Part shown: positions 29,392 to 39,394 of the stretch, piece by piece
Numbering within the stretch: position 1 is the first letter of the stretch
Layout of the letters: each line of letters begins with the position of its first letter
Virus record (IMG/VR): IMGVR_UViG_3300021466_000176
Strand: one strand, 5' to 3'
Source of the DNA: a virus
Length of the DNA: 64,000 nt
The notes under the pieces: generated by a model
Database searches by the model: none
Told to the model about the DNA's origin: nothing
Seen by the model: the letters and a program-made list of their open reading frames with translations, nothing else
Made by a program: the position numbers and the translations under genes

Positions 29392-29915
29392 GTGTTACCA
29401 TTTTCGTCGGTTGCTTCCTGGAGTTGCTCATCCAGATCGGGGAAGGCTTCCCGCACCGCGTTTTCGGCGTCCTCTCCGCTAACAGCGTTGTTCGGTGCCC
29501 GGATCATCTCGATCCGGTAGTCATAGATCCGCTCTCGAACGTCTTCCCGTGGCCCGCCACCGGACCCCCTCGGGTTAGTGGTTGATTTCTGTACGATAAC
29601 GAAATCGGTCGATTGTAACCGCTCGTGTCGGAGCACCCTCGTCCGTCCGTCATCCATCGTATCGATCGACGCCCCCTCATCCAAGTAACAATGCCCTCGA
29701 AGGGTGTATTTAGCTAATTCCGAGCCTGTATACTGAAGCACTGAACTCCGCTGCTCTACTCCTTCGGTTAGCTCGCCCTCATCCGGCTGGAGGAGTGCGT
29801 GATCCGTCGTATTCGTCGCTGTATCGACGGAGAGGAACGGGTACTGGTAATCGAATTCGACATCCCCGAGTTTAGCCGATACCCTGTCTCCGAGAAATCT
29901 GCTGTTAGTAGACAT
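29388..29915 (-). CDS. Tail tube initiator (gpU-like)
   Basis: AKLGDVEF and LQYTGSEL; between tape measure and hub. Confidence 0.6.
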   Translation of the reverse strand: MSTNSRFLGDRVSAKLGDVEFDYQYPFLSVDTATNTTDHALLQPDEGELTEGVEQRSSVLQYTGSELAKYTLRGHCYLDEGASIDTMDDGRTRVLRHERLQSTDFVIVQKSTTNPRGSGGGPREDVRERIYDYRIEMIRAPNNAVSGEDAENAVREAFPDLDEQLQEATDENGNT

Positions 29916-29929
29916 GATTCGGTCGTGTA

Positions 29930-32900
29930 TTATCTCGCACTCCGGTTCTCGGATGTCTTGTCAAGGGCGTCCTCCACGATGCGTTCCAATCGAGCATCCG
30001 AATCCTCTCCACCTTCGATAGTAACCTCCCGATTATCGTTGTAGGTGTACTCCTGAGACCCTTTCGGCGGTCCTGTTCCACTTGGATCTCGGTACCCACC
30101 GGGTCCGGATTTCTGATTTTTGCCCTGACCCTGGGATCTCTGGCGTTGTCCACGTCCTGCTTTCGCTTTACTCAGATCGACCCCTTCTTGCCCGATATCT
30201 CCCGCCACCTCTGCCGAGAGGTCGGATGCCTCGCCGAGAACCCCCCCGATAGCATCCACCAACTTTCCGACCGCACCGGCGATTTTCTTTATGAAATCCC
30301 AGACGGCCGGGAGACCCTCATTTATTAAGTAATCGATAAATACAATGAATTCGTCGTTAAAACTGAGTGGGAACCCTATCTTCGCTATCTCAACTAACCA
30401 GTTCCATACCTGTCCGAGGGCCCCGTACATCCAGATAAGTGAGTTAACGAGTATCTCGACTACATCGATCAACCCGTTCCAGATACCTGTAAGGAACGAA
30501 GCAGTTCCCCCGACGAGATCCATTTTCGTATTTAAGTAAGCCAACGCCGCTACCAATGCTGCTACGACAGCAACGACTGGCCAAAGGGTAACGCCTGCCA
30601 AGCCAACTGCTCCCGCGAGAGCGGTGAGTCCCGTCGTTGCTAACCCAACCGCCGCGTTCAGAAGACCAATAACTCCCAGCAGTGAAAGGGTGACCGGAAT
30701 CATCGATACGAACGCAACGACTGCTTTCTCGACACCATCTGGAAGTAGGGATAGTATCTCAGCCACGTCCGCTATGATCGAGAACAGAGCCGTCAGCATT
30801 GGGAGCACTACCTGAAACGCGACCATTCCGAGTTCGGACAACGCTCCGGCCATATCGAAGAACGAATCTATTGCTGCCCCCAGGTCAGATGACATACTAT
30901 TAGCCATTCGACGGGAAAACCGGATGAACGAAATCATCGCTTCGAGAAGATAGGTGAACAGGGACTGTAGCTCCGGGAGGAGATCCCGGGTCGTCTGTTC
31001 GAGTTCATACCAAAACGTCGGCTCGAATTCCCCGAAGGCAGCTCCCATCGAGTCCGCGAAATCCCTAATCGTTTCGGATAATCTATTCGTGAAAACGGCA
31101 AAATCGCGGACGAGTTCGACCACGCCCTCTAAAATTCCCATCGACCATTGTTCGAACAGTGATGTCCGGATGGGTTCTAACGCCTCTTTTATAGCATCTC
31201 CAACACGACTGAAGAGTTCCTGGACACCCTCCATTGTCGATTCGATGTCCTCGTTCGTGTTGGCGATCTGCTCACCACGTTCGAGGATACCGCCAGCGAA
31301 CATGCCGCCGAGAACCCCCGTAAGACCCAGGCCAGCTACCGCTACTCCGCCGATCGCGCCTGCGAGCGATCCGAGCATCCCGATCAGAGCCGGGAGGATA
31401 GTCACTACAGTCCCGAGACTCGACCGGAACGGACCGAGACTCACGCCGGTTTGTGAGAGTCTCTCGAAAGCACTGATTAAATTGACCGACCTGAGTTTCG
31501 CACGTAACGTCCGATCGTTGACCTCATCGAGGCGCTTTCTATAGTCAGTGAGACTGCCGGACGAGGACTTGAACGCCGACCGGAGTCCTTCGTTCCGATT
31601 GATTATCTCTTTTGCTTCCTCTCCGTAGTTCTCTACGAGAGCCGAGGACTGCTGTAGCTCAGTGTTGAACTCCTCGAAAGAATCCGCGTTTTCGTACGCA
31701 CTACGGAACAGCCTCTGCTGTGCGCCGGTTGCACCGTTGATCGCTTTCCCGTACTCTTGTGCATCGTCGCTTCCTTCCTGGAGGTTTTCAGTGAATTCGG
31801 TTATGTTACCTGATGACTCGAACATTCCATCGACATCATCATCGAGTTCTCCCAACCGTCTCGATAAGACGACTGAACTTTCGGAGGATACCTGAAGTCT
31901 CTCTATGAAGTCATCTATGTTTTCTCCTCTGGTAAACTGGGTGTTCTCAGCGAAATCGAATACCCGCTCAATACTCTCTACTGCTGAAGTCTCCTCAGTA
32001 GATATCTGACTGAACGGATTGATCTTCAATTCCGAAACGTCCGACATAGACCGAACAGCCGCGATCTCTCCGGTAAGCGTTCTCGCTTTACGGATAGATT
32101 GAGTAATCCCATCATCCGTTTCAGCTTCCACAGCAACACTGAAGGTAGTATCATCCAACTGTCGAGTAGTTCCGAGTACAGAATCGAGTTCGCTCTTATC
32201 GACATCAGTCTTTGTCTCAAGGGTTGTGACCACTGAATCCGGAATGTCATCGATCGTCTCAGCGGCGAGGACAGCTTCCGTAACGTCCGCATCCGCCTCT
32301 ATCTCGACCGTTCGGCGTTCAGATACGGAATCGAGTGTTCTTCGTGTTTGCTCTGCTGCTTTCTCGACCCCGGATGTGTCCGCGTCAAGTTCGGATTGGT
32401 ACCCGGAGAAGCCGCCCTGTCTTGATAATTCACGAACAGAATCGGTTACCTGGTTTATTTCGTCTACTACTTGATCTGCATCCAACGCGATATCATCGTC
32501 CGAAAGCGACCGTTTCAGATCTTCCGCATCCGACACTAACGCAGTCATCCCTTTCCGAGCATCAACGAGGTCTCCTCCGCTGATATTCATATTATCGGCA
32601 TCGAGCCGATCGAGGGTATTATCCGCTGACTGAGTAACTACTATTAACTCACTGAGTGCTGCTACGAGGGGTTGTACTTCTCCGGCCGATTCCGTCATCT
32701 CATCGCCCGCCTCATCCGCTGATCTGGTCAAGTAATCAGTAAGCTCCGCCGCTTGAACGAGATTGTCCTGGATTTCAGCGACCTCCTCGCCGAACGATTC
32801 CGTTCCCTCTTCGGCGCTTGCAGTAGCAGCGGTTAATCCGGCTGCATCCGACTGCATCTCCTCGATAGTCTCGCCAGTACGTGTAAACGATCGGCGAGCT

Positions 32901-32971
32901 TTCCCAAGAGTACGGCTTACCGTCTCCTGGGCTTTTATAATTCCCGTAAGGGATTCTTTGTTCGGAGGCAC
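29930..32971 (-). CDS. Tail tape measure protein
   Basis: 1013 aa, helical, Ala/Gly-rich hydrophobic C-half; follows the chaperone gene. Confidence 0.9.
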   Translation of the reverse strand: MPPNKESLTGIIKAQETVSRTLGKARRSFTRTGETIEEMQSDAAGLTAATASAEEGTESFGEEVAEIQDNLVQAAELTDYLTRSADEAGDEMTESAGEVQPLVAALSELIVVTQSADNTLDRLDADNMNISGGDLVDARKGMTALVSDAEDLKRSLSDDDIALDADQVVDEINQVTDSVRELSRQGGFSGYQSELDADTSGVEKAAEQTRRTLDSVSERRTVEIEADADVTEAVLAAETIDDIPDSVVTTLETKTDVDKSELDSVLGTTRQLDDTTFSVAVEAETDDGITQSIRKARTLTGEIAAVRSMSDVSELKINPFSQISTEETSAVESIERVFDFAENTQFTRGENIDDFIERLQVSSESSVVLSRRLGELDDDVDGMFESSGNITEFTENLQEGSDDAQEYGKAINGATGAQQRLFRSAYENADSFEEFNTELQQSSALVENYGEEAKEIINRNEGLRSAFKSSSGSLTDYRKRLDEVNDRTLRAKLRSVNLISAFERLSQTGVSLGPFRSSLGTVVTILPALIGMLGSLAGAIGGVAVAGLGLTGVLGGMFAGGILERGEQIANTNEDIESTMEGVQELFSRVGDAIKEALEPIRTSLFEQWSMGILEGVVELVRDFAVFTNRLSETIRDFADSMGAAFGEFEPTFWYELEQTTRDLLPELQSLFTYLLEAMISFIRFSRRMANSMSSDLGAAIDSFFDMAGALSELGMVAFQVVLPMLTALFSIIADVAEILSLLPDGVEKAVVAFVSMIPVTLSLLGVIGLLNAAVGLATTGLTALAGAVGLAGVTLWPVVAVVAALVAALAYLNTKMDLVGGTASFLTGIWNGLIDVVEILVNSLIWMYGALGQVWNWLVEIAKIGFPLSFNDEFIVFIDYLINEGLPAVWDFIKKIAGAVGKLVDAIGGVLGEASDLSAEVAGDIGQEGVDLSKAKAGRGQRQRSQGQGKNQKSGPGGYRDPSGTGPPKGSQEYTYNDNREVTIEGGEDSDARLERIVEDALDKTSENRSAR

Positions 32972-32980
32972 GTAATGAAC

Positions 32981-33220
32981 TCAGCGATTTCTTAGCTGCC
33001 GTTCGAGATCAGGTGGTAGTTGCTCGTTCGATCCCCCCTGTGAGTCGGGCATTTCATCGTCGGATGGTGCTTTCAACTCCTCCCGGTAGACCCACGCTTT
33101 GTTCAGGAAGACGAGTTGGTGGTCCATGAGTTCGGATGTACTCCCGCCGGGAGAGCTGTTAGCAAATCCCCATCCGTGATCGATTGCCGTGTAGAGTGAC
33201 TGTCCTAAATTAGTTGATGC
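32981..33220 (-). CDS. Frameshift extension of the tail assembly chaperone (G-T-like product; not in ORF track)
   Basis: The +1 frame after GAA TTT C is open for 79 codons (ASTNLGQSLYTAIDHGWG...LERQLRNR) to TGA at 32981-32983, filling the gap to the tape measure gene. Confidence 0.75.
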   Translation of the reverse strand, partial: ASTNLGQSLYTAIDHGWGFANSSPGGSTSELMDHQLVFLNKAWVYREELKAPSDDEMPDSQGGSNEQLPPDLERQLRNR

Positions 33221-33677
33221 GAAATTCGGTAATCTCGCCCATATCCATCGAGTATTCGATTATCTCGCTTCCAAGTTCGAAGATAACCTGATCCGAGACG
33301 TGTGGACCCCGGATCAACTCGGCGATCTCATCTTCGACGAGAACATCGTGTCGAAGGGATTTTATCACGATAGTCTCGAAAGCGGCAACGGTCTTAGCGT
33401 CGGGGAACCCCAATCCGGACTGTGATATGATCTCCTCTTCCATATCAGGGTCCAGATTACCCTCTTCATCGTACGCTTCGTCCGGGATATCGATCTCCGA
33501 ATCGGAACCCATGAAGTCGTCCGACATCTGGGAGAGGTATTCGTACCTCTGATGGCGATCCAATGCTACGACTCTAAAATTCAACTCCCCGTTCGGGAGT
33601 GTGAGTGTAGCGTCCTTGGTTCGCTGTTCACCTTCGGTTAGCTGTCGGAACAGCTCGTATTCTTTTTCTGAATCCAT
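33210..33677 (-). CDS. Tail assembly chaperone
   Basis: Acidic 155-aa ORF between tube and tape measure; ends GAA TTT CGC ATC AAC TAA. Confidence 0.8.
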   Translation of the reverse strand: MDSEKEYELFRQLTEGEQRTKDATLTLPNGELNFRVVALDRHQRYEYLSQMSDDFMGSDSEIDIPDEAYDEEGNLDPDMEEEIISQSGLGFPDAKTVAAFETIVIKSLRHDVLVEDEIAELIRGPHVSDQVIFELGSEIIEYSMDMGEITEFRIN

Positions 33678-33747
33678 TAGTATAAACCTCTATTGTACGA
33701 AAATTTTTGGAATGTTGGGTGTCGGACTACGAACCAAACAGGGTCGG

Positions 33748-34191
33748 TTATACAGTGTCTCCGTTACCACTGAGTTCTGGACCGATGGTGAGGCCAGCAC
33801 CGGATCGGTTCTCTCCACCGAAGGTGAAGTAATCAGCTTCGAACTCCACGGTACCGGAGGTCTTCCCATCGGATGGGCTCTCGCGGCCGTAGGAGTTGAT
33901 CCGCACATCACGGAAGTTGATGACCTCTTCATCCAGATCCATTGACATTCGGATCGATGTCTTCGGGATCCCTGTAGAGTCGATGAATAAATCCCTGTAT
34001 TTCGGGATCGAGCCGTCCCACTCGAAGCTACCAGTTACGTGTACGTTGATGTACGCGGTATACTGGCGGAGCCCGTCGTTGAAGTCGGACTGCTCGGTGT
34101 CGTACTCGATCGTGAACGATGCGTTCGTGAACGGGTACTCCTCATCACCCGCCCGGAGAACTCCGTTTCTACCTGTTTCGTTTCTGTTCAT
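33748..34191 (-). CDS. Tail tube protein
   Basis: 147 aa beta-rich protein directly after the sheath (VTGSFEW, GTVEFEAD). Confidence 0.8.
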   Translation of the reverse strand: MNRNETGRNGVLRAGDEEYPFTNASFTIEYDTEQSDFNDGLRQYTAYINVHVTGSFEWDGSIPKYRDLFIDSTGIPKTSIRMSMDLDEEVINFRDVRINSYGRESPSDGKTSGTVEFEADYFTFGGENRSGAGLTIGPELSGNGDTV

Positions 34192-34194
34192 TGT

Positions 34195-35661
34195 TTACTC
34201 CGATACGATGATCGTTTCATCCACGTTTCGCGCGATTCCAACCGGAGCGAACCCGACAGAGATAGCTACTGTGTCGGATGCACTGCGCGAGACATCGACG
34301 AAATACTTGGTTTCCTGTTGTGCGCTATCCTGATTGATTCGCCCGTCGCTCGTGGTGTCCGGGTTCCTATCGTCGTCCGACGACTGAAGATTGTTGTTCG
34401 TTAACGTCTCTGGACGCGAGGATTCGAGCACACCAATGTTGACGAGATCCTCAAGCGATGCCAAGTAATCCTCCTCGATGGAGGTGAGAAGCGTATCGCT
34501 CATGAGGTTCGTCCGAGCTTGCTCGCCCAGCTCGTTGCCGATCATCAGGACCTGATCGACGATCCGGATGCGGTGGAAGTCCCGCGTCCATCCGGTTGCC
34601 GTCGAAGTCGAGATGTTATCAGCAAGACTGATACCACCGGCACCGCGCCGGTTGTCCTCGACCGGAATGACCCGCACGAGATCCGACCGAAGGTCTTGTC
34701 GCTCGCTTCGTGTAAGTGACTGTGCGAGTGACTGATACCCGAGTATCTCATCGCCGTAGACGGGGTTGATGATCGAGTGTCCGGCAAGCTGACCAGCAAT
34801 CCCGCCGAGTACCGAACGCATCCGGGTGGTCGTGTTCGCAAGCCTGACCGGACCAGCGAGGAATACAGCGTCGTTGTCGATATCATCCCCATACGAGCTT
34901 GTATCGATGATCGCCTCGCCATCGGAGGAAGTAAGGTTCGGTTCCGCTCCGGAAACTCCCTTGACCAGTTGCCATTGTGGACGCAGTTCGTCCACCTTCG
35001 CTTCGAGCTGTTGGGCTACGCTTTCGGCATCCGATAGCGTGCAGTAGATCCCAGTCTCGTTGTACTGGATCGTCGTATCAGCGGAATCAAGCGCCGCTTG
35101 CCAATCCCCGTACTGGTAGTCTACCTCATAGGAGTCGGTATCTCCCGCCTCGAATTCGCCCGTATTCGGATTGATCGCTACCTCATTAGCATCGAGCCCG
35201 GATGGGTCCGGCGGCGACTCATACCGGAAGACGGGTGTCTCCTCGGTATCATTGGTTGTGTTCCGGACCGTGATGAGGCTCACATCCTCTCTGATCGGAC
35301 TGTTAGACAGACGGCCGCTTCCGTCGCCTAAGTTCGTCGCATCACCGGCAGCTCCTGCTCCTGTATCACCGAGGACTTCCGTCTCGGCCAGCATCACACC
35401 GTAGACGAAATCGATGTTAGCGCCGTTTGTGAGGGCATCTTCGATCGATAATGCGAGTTCGGATGTCGCCCCGAACTGTTCCCGTGCGTCCACTCGTGTC
35501 CGGATGCCTGTCGGTGTATTCGGGTCTGCGGTCCCTACGTCGTTATCACCGTGTCCGAACAGAACGAGTACCTGTTCTCTGCCTACCTGGATTCCAGAAA
35601 TCCCACCTGGGGTGAGACTCGCTCTGACTCCTGGGAAAGCACCGAATGTTACTGTTGACAT
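34195..35661 (-). CDS. Contractile tail sheath protein
   Basis: N-terminal FPGV, AREQFG, RIRIVDQV and C-terminal VGFAPVGIARNVDETI. Confidence 0.9.
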   Translation of the reverse strand: MSTVTFGAFPGVRASLTPGGISGIQVGREQVLVLFGHGDNDVGTADPNTPTGIRTRVDAREQFGATSELALSIEDALTNGANIDFVYGVMLAETEVLGDTGAGAAGDATNLGDGSGRLSNSPIREDVSLITVRNTTNDTEETPVFRYESPPDPSGLDANEVAINPNTGEFEAGDTDSYEVDYQYGDWQAALDSADTTIQYNETGIYCTLSDAESVAQQLEAKVDELRPQWQLVKGVSGAEPNLTSSDGEAIIDTSSYGDDIDNDAVFLAGPVRLANTTTRMRSVLGGIAGQLAGHSIINPVYGDEILGYQSLAQSLTRSERQDLRSDLVRVIPVEDNRRGAGGISLADNISTSTATGWTRDFHRIRIVDQVLMIGNELGEQARTNLMSDTLLTSIEEDYLASLEDLVNIGVLESSRPETLTNNNLQSSDDDRNPDTTSDGRINQDSAQQETKYFVDVSRSASDTVAISVGFAPVGIARNVDETIIVSE

Positions 35662-35733
35662 GTGTGTCTCTTATCGTCGTTTTTCATGTTACTCAACCTC
35701 GCTAACCGCAAATCGGAAATCTCAATCCGTCGC

Positions 35734-36378
35734 TCACTCAGGAGCGATGTATTCTATCTCGTGATCTTCGTCCTCAGTCGCCGGATAGAAGTCCCCATCT
35801 GCCGGCCCAACGATCGAATCGAGGTAGTATCCAGCGCCGTACTCCTCTACCGTATTGAGCCGATCACGATACCGACAGGAAATCTCCTGTCTCCATCCAC
35901 GAAGAGATGGTGTCGTTCCGAGGTCCGCTGTCGGGTATCCATCCCCGACGAAAAAGTCCGTTACAGCGGAGATCGTCCCCCCGTCAGCGGATGGGAGTAG
36001 GTCATCCCTGGATTGGGAATCATATCTATAGAGCGCCTTTTCAGCGTTCTCTCCCATCATAACGATATCAGATAGTGTATTTGCCTGAGTTTGGACATCC
36101 CATACAGTGAGTTCCACATCCATTTGGTACGTAAATTCGAATATCCGACCGATATCGTTGCCGTCCTCGTCCTGTACGAATCGGAGGAACGCCGTCGATG
36201 AATCCTCCTCGCGTGACGAACCAGTAGGACTCGTTATTTCGGCAAAGGGTATCGAAAGGTCGGCGTCCCTCTCATTGCCGTCTGCTTCAACGATCCTGTA
36301 ATCGTTGAGTTCCGGAAGGCGAGGCGCAGTGATAAGAGCCTCTCCGATACCTTCGAGAACGGGAATCGATCTCACCAT
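35734..36378 (-). CDS. Tail completion/terminator protein
   Basis: Position between neck and sheath; IPFAEI, MDVELTVW. Confidence 0.6.
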   Translation of the reverse strand: MVRSIPVLEGIGEALITAPRLPELNDYRIVEADGNERDADLSIPFAEITSPTGSSREEDSSTAFLRFVQDEDGNDIGRIFEFTYQMDVELTVWDVQTQANTLSDIVMMGENAEKALYRYDSQSRDDLLPSADGGTISAVTDFFVGDGYPTADLGTTPSLRGWRQEISCRYRDRLNTVEEYGAGYYLDSIVGPADGDFYPATEDEDHEIEYIAPE

Positions 36379-36384
36379 TGCAAA

Positions 36385-36909
36385 TTAGAACTCCTCGTCG
36401 AACGCTTCATCCAGTACCCGTTCCATCTCACGTCGAAACTTCGATTCGTTGGCATCGAGAGCCGGACGGAGGAACGGCTGCGCCTCAGTTCCCGGATGAG
36501 CAGTCTTATCGACAGTGATGCGGTTATCGACATTGCTCACCACGGCCCCACCGCCCGGAAGCTCCCCGATCCGACGTTCGGAAACGGTAAACGAAAGCGC
36601 ACTTCCGGGAGCAGCCTCGATGACGTGAGGCTTCGAACCGTACTCCACCGCAGCAGCATGATCAGCGTCGAACACCACCGACTTCGAATAGCGTCCCTCT
36701 GGGGCGTCTTCGGTGTTTCCGGATGCTCGCAGCTCGCCGCTGTCCTCCGGCGCGTTTCTCACTGCATCACGCAGTACGGCGTCGGCCGTCCGCTCGACTG
36801 CATCGCGGACCGGTTCATCGAGTTCGTCCTCGACTTCGCCGAGTTTATCCGCCATGTCGTAGTGTTCGTCAGCGAAGTCAGCGAACCCACTTACCTCTAT
36901 CCCCGACAT
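36385..36909 (-). CDS. HK97 gp10-like neck protein
   Basis: APEDSGELRAS, AVEYGS, HPGTEAQPFLRPA motifs. Confidence 0.9.
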   Translation of the reverse strand: MSGIEVSGFADFADEHYDMADKLGEVEDELDEPVRDAVERTADAVLRDAVRNAPEDSGELRASGNTEDAPEGRYSKSVVFDADHAAAVEYGSKPHVIEAAPGSALSFTVSERRIGELPGGGAVVSNVDNRITVDKTAHPGTEAQPFLRPALDANESKFRREMERVLDEAFDEEF

Positions 36910-36915
36910 TACAGG

Positions 36916-37410
36916 TTAGGAATCCGAATCGGGGAGGTCGTCTCGGTCATCACGGATCGTTTTCATCCGGTTTTCTACGGCCGAAAGAACGGAATCGCGT
37001 TGGCTATCCCGGTTGCGCTCATACTGATCGAGTTCGGCGAGAATCGAATCGGCTCGACCCTCCTCGATATCATCAGTAACCGTGTTCCATTGGCGCTCCG
37101 AGAAGTCCTCTACTGTAAGCTCCCCGTCAAGCGAAGCTTCGGGCATCACTTCCGCGCTCTCCAACTGAATCGGCTGTTCGGATACTTCGTCTTCGGAATC
37201 CATGCCGAGTTCGGCGTCCGAGTCGGTCGTGTGATCATGGTCCGTGCTAACGTCTTCTGCCCTCGACCATCCGTAATCGAGATATCGATCAACGTCCGCT
37301 CGATCGATATCGTAGCCACCGGGTTCGATAAACTCCCTCCGCATGGCCGAATCCGATGGACTCTCGTCTACGAACGGAGCCGACTCCTCCGGTAATACTA
37401 ACTTAACCAT
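36916..37410 (-). CDS. Hypothetical head-neck region protein with C-terminal helical domain
   Basis: C-terminal domain paralogous to that of 37824..38273. Confidence 0.65.
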   Translation of the reverse strand: MVKLVLPEESAPFVDESPSDSAMRREFIEPGGYDIDRADVDRYLDYGWSRAEDVSTDHDHTTDSDAELGMDSEDEVSEQPIQLESAEVMPEASLDGELTVEDFSERQWNTVTDDIEEGRADSILAELDQYERNRDSQRDSVLSAVENRMKTIRDDRDDLPDSDS

Positions 37411-37819
37411 AGCTATTGAATTGGAATTCCGTTATCGTATCTACGTTGTTCCCACCGGATCCACCTCCACCATCACCATCGGACCCCTCCGGTTGGCCCA
37501 AAACAGCCTCTACCGCGTCGAGGTACATCTGGTAAAAGCGGTCGATCGGGTTCCGATCCTCGTCGTTGTTAACTACATCGCCGTATCTGGCGTCATCGTA
37601 GGACCCAGCACCACTCATCAGCATATACGAGGCGTACGCTTTCATCGCCTTCTTGTGTTGGTCGTTGAACTCGTCCCCGAACTGCTCGCCTCCATTAACC
37701 CGCCAGACGACTTGTGATTCAGCATCCGGAATCACAGCCACTTTCTCTTCACGGTCGAACTCGTCCCGACCCGCAATCGGGAGATCCGATGGGTCGATGT
37801 ACCGTCCTACTTCAGCCAT
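37403..37819 (-). CDS. Head-tail adaptor-like protein
   Basis: YIDPSDL start, IPDAESQV, KAYASYML; position after capsid gene. Confidence 0.65.
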   Translation of the reverse strand: MAEVGRYIDPSDLPIAGRDEFDREEKVAVIPDAESQVVWRVNGGEQFGDEFNDQHKKAMKAYASYMLMSGAGSYDDARYGDVVNNDEDRNPIDRFYQMYLDAVEAVLGQPEGSDGDGGGGSGGNNVDTITEFQFNSYG

Positions 37820-37823
37820 TATC

Positions 37824-38273
37824 TCATTCCTCGTCGCTATCTGTTACCGGAGCCTCGCGCCGCTCTTCGATCGTGTCGAGGACCGAATTCTGCCGGGGAC
37901 TATCCCGGTCTCTCTCGGAGCTTTCGATCTCATCGAGGTACTCGTCGTACTCCCCTGATTCGAGGTCATCACGGACCTGAGCCCAGTGACGCGACGTGAA
38001 TTCCTCGGCGTGGAACTGTTCGCTGTCGAGGAACTCTATTTCCTCGATAGCCTCGGCATTATCGCCGTCGTAGGTTTGTTCGTCTGTGGTGCGCGGATCT
38101 TCTACTTCTTCCTCGTCGAACGTCTCTGCCTGTTCCATTTCCTCGAAACGTTTAGGGAACGCTTCGAGTTCACCTTCGGTCGGAACCATCGTCTCACCGG
38201 CAGCGTAGCGTTCACCGTCGCGGTGCGATCGGTGCGATCCGCCTACCAATCTGTATTCTTCGGTGTTACTCAC
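37824..38273 (-). CDS. Capsid-adjacent hypothetical protein
   Basis: DGERYAAGETM N-domain plus a helical C-domain ending RQNSVLDTIEER. Confidence 0.65.
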   Translation of the reverse strand: MSNTEEYRLVGGSHRSHRDGERYAAGETMVPTEGELEAFPKRFEEMEQAETFDEEEVEDPRTTDEQTYDGDNAEAIEEIEFLDSEQFHAEEFTSRHWAQVRDDLESGEYDEYLDEIESSERDRDSPRQNSVLDTIEERREAPVTDSDEE

Positions 38274-38294
38274 GTACGATCAACTCCTGACAGA

Positions 38295-39344
38295 TTACGG
38301 AGCCGTGTAGTGAACGATACCACACTCGTCGTTCATCGTGGACTTGATCCGAGGAACCATGCAGGTGAATACCTTGAAGTAGTCACGGAAGCCGGGGTTA
38401 TCCGACCACTGGATAGTCTGCATATCCTCAGCGACAGCGAGGTCGATAACGTCCGAGGTGAATCGAAGCATCACGACAGTCTTCTCCGGAAGGAACTGTG
38501 AGATTCCCATATCCTGAAGCTCGGGTAACTGCTCGACTCGATCCATGACGGTACGATTGCCATCACCCTCGGGGTCTGCGTCTCGGAGGACCTCCTCATA
38601 GTCCGTGGACATGTAGACTCGGTAGGATGCTTCTCCGCCTCGGAATCCGTCTTCCTTGAGGTCGGAGATCATGTTGCGGAGGTCACGTCGGATCGACGAC
38701 GGACCGCCGTTCGTCCGGTCGGTCCAATCCGTTCCGAACGTCCCCGTGTTCCGCGATGGGTGATTGAGGAGACCGTACGCCTGGAACCCATCGGTGCTAC
38801 CCAGTTCACCCGGAGCACCGTTGATGATGAGACTCTCTACTTCCTTCTGTACGTTGTAGGAAGCCTGTTCCGCAAGGTAGGTCTCCATATCGTCCGCACT
38901 GAAGGTTAATTCTCCGTTCGGCGACGGACGCTCCCGGAAACCGATCGAGAAGTCGTCGTGAACGAACGGAAGGGGGGCTCCGTCCCGCTCGAAGCTCGCG
39001 GTCACCTCAGCAGTCTGGGGCTCCGGAGTCATACTGGTCCGTGCCTCTCCCATTGGTCGAGACTTGTACCAGTAGGTGTACTCGTTTTCCATCGGGACTG
39101 TTGTCGTGAGACCTGCATCACGCAGATCGTTGACAATATCGGTCTGTTCCCGATAGACATCGATGATCGTATCATCGAGTTGCTGCCAGAGTTCCCCCGG
39201 CAGAGCAGCGTTCTGTCTGGTCTTCGCTCGGTGCTTCGGACCGCCTGTTAGCTGCATCCCGGCGAAACGAGGGATGTGTAGTGCGCCGTGGGAGTTAACG
39301 CGCGCTCCCTGTGGAACCGCCTGGTTCGTCTGATTAGTTGACAT
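38295..39344 (-). CDS. Major capsid protein (HK97 fold, encapsulin-related type)
   Basis: LPGELWQQLDD, PLPFVHDDFSIGFRE, IINGA, YGLLNHPSR, PRIKS motifs; 349 aa. Confidence 0.9.
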   Translation of the reverse strand: MSTNQTNQAVPQGARVNSHGALHIPRFAGMQLTGGPKHRAKTRQNAALPGELWQQLDDTIIDVYREQTDIVNDLRDAGLTTTVPMENEYTYWYKSRPMGEARTSMTPEPQTAEVTASFERDGAPLPFVHDDFSIGFRERPSPNGELTFSADDMETYLAEQASYNVQKEVESLIINGAPGELGSTDGFQAYGLLNHPSRNTGTFGTDWTDRTNGGPSSIRRDLRNMISDLKEDGFRGGEASYRVYMSTDYEEVLRDADPEGDGNRTVMDRVEQLPELQDMGISQFLPEKTVVMLRFTSDVIDLAVAEDMQTIQWSDNPGFRDYFKVFTCMVPRIKSTMNDECGIVHYTAP

Positions 39345-39394
39345 TAGTTTAGCTATTGCTGAAATCGATTACTTGTAAAACTGTACTACGCAGA

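Noticed and set aside
38295-39344. Encapsulin nanocompartment
   Set aside because: The resemblance reflects the shared HK97 fold; context with portal, protease and terminase shows it is the viral capsid protein.
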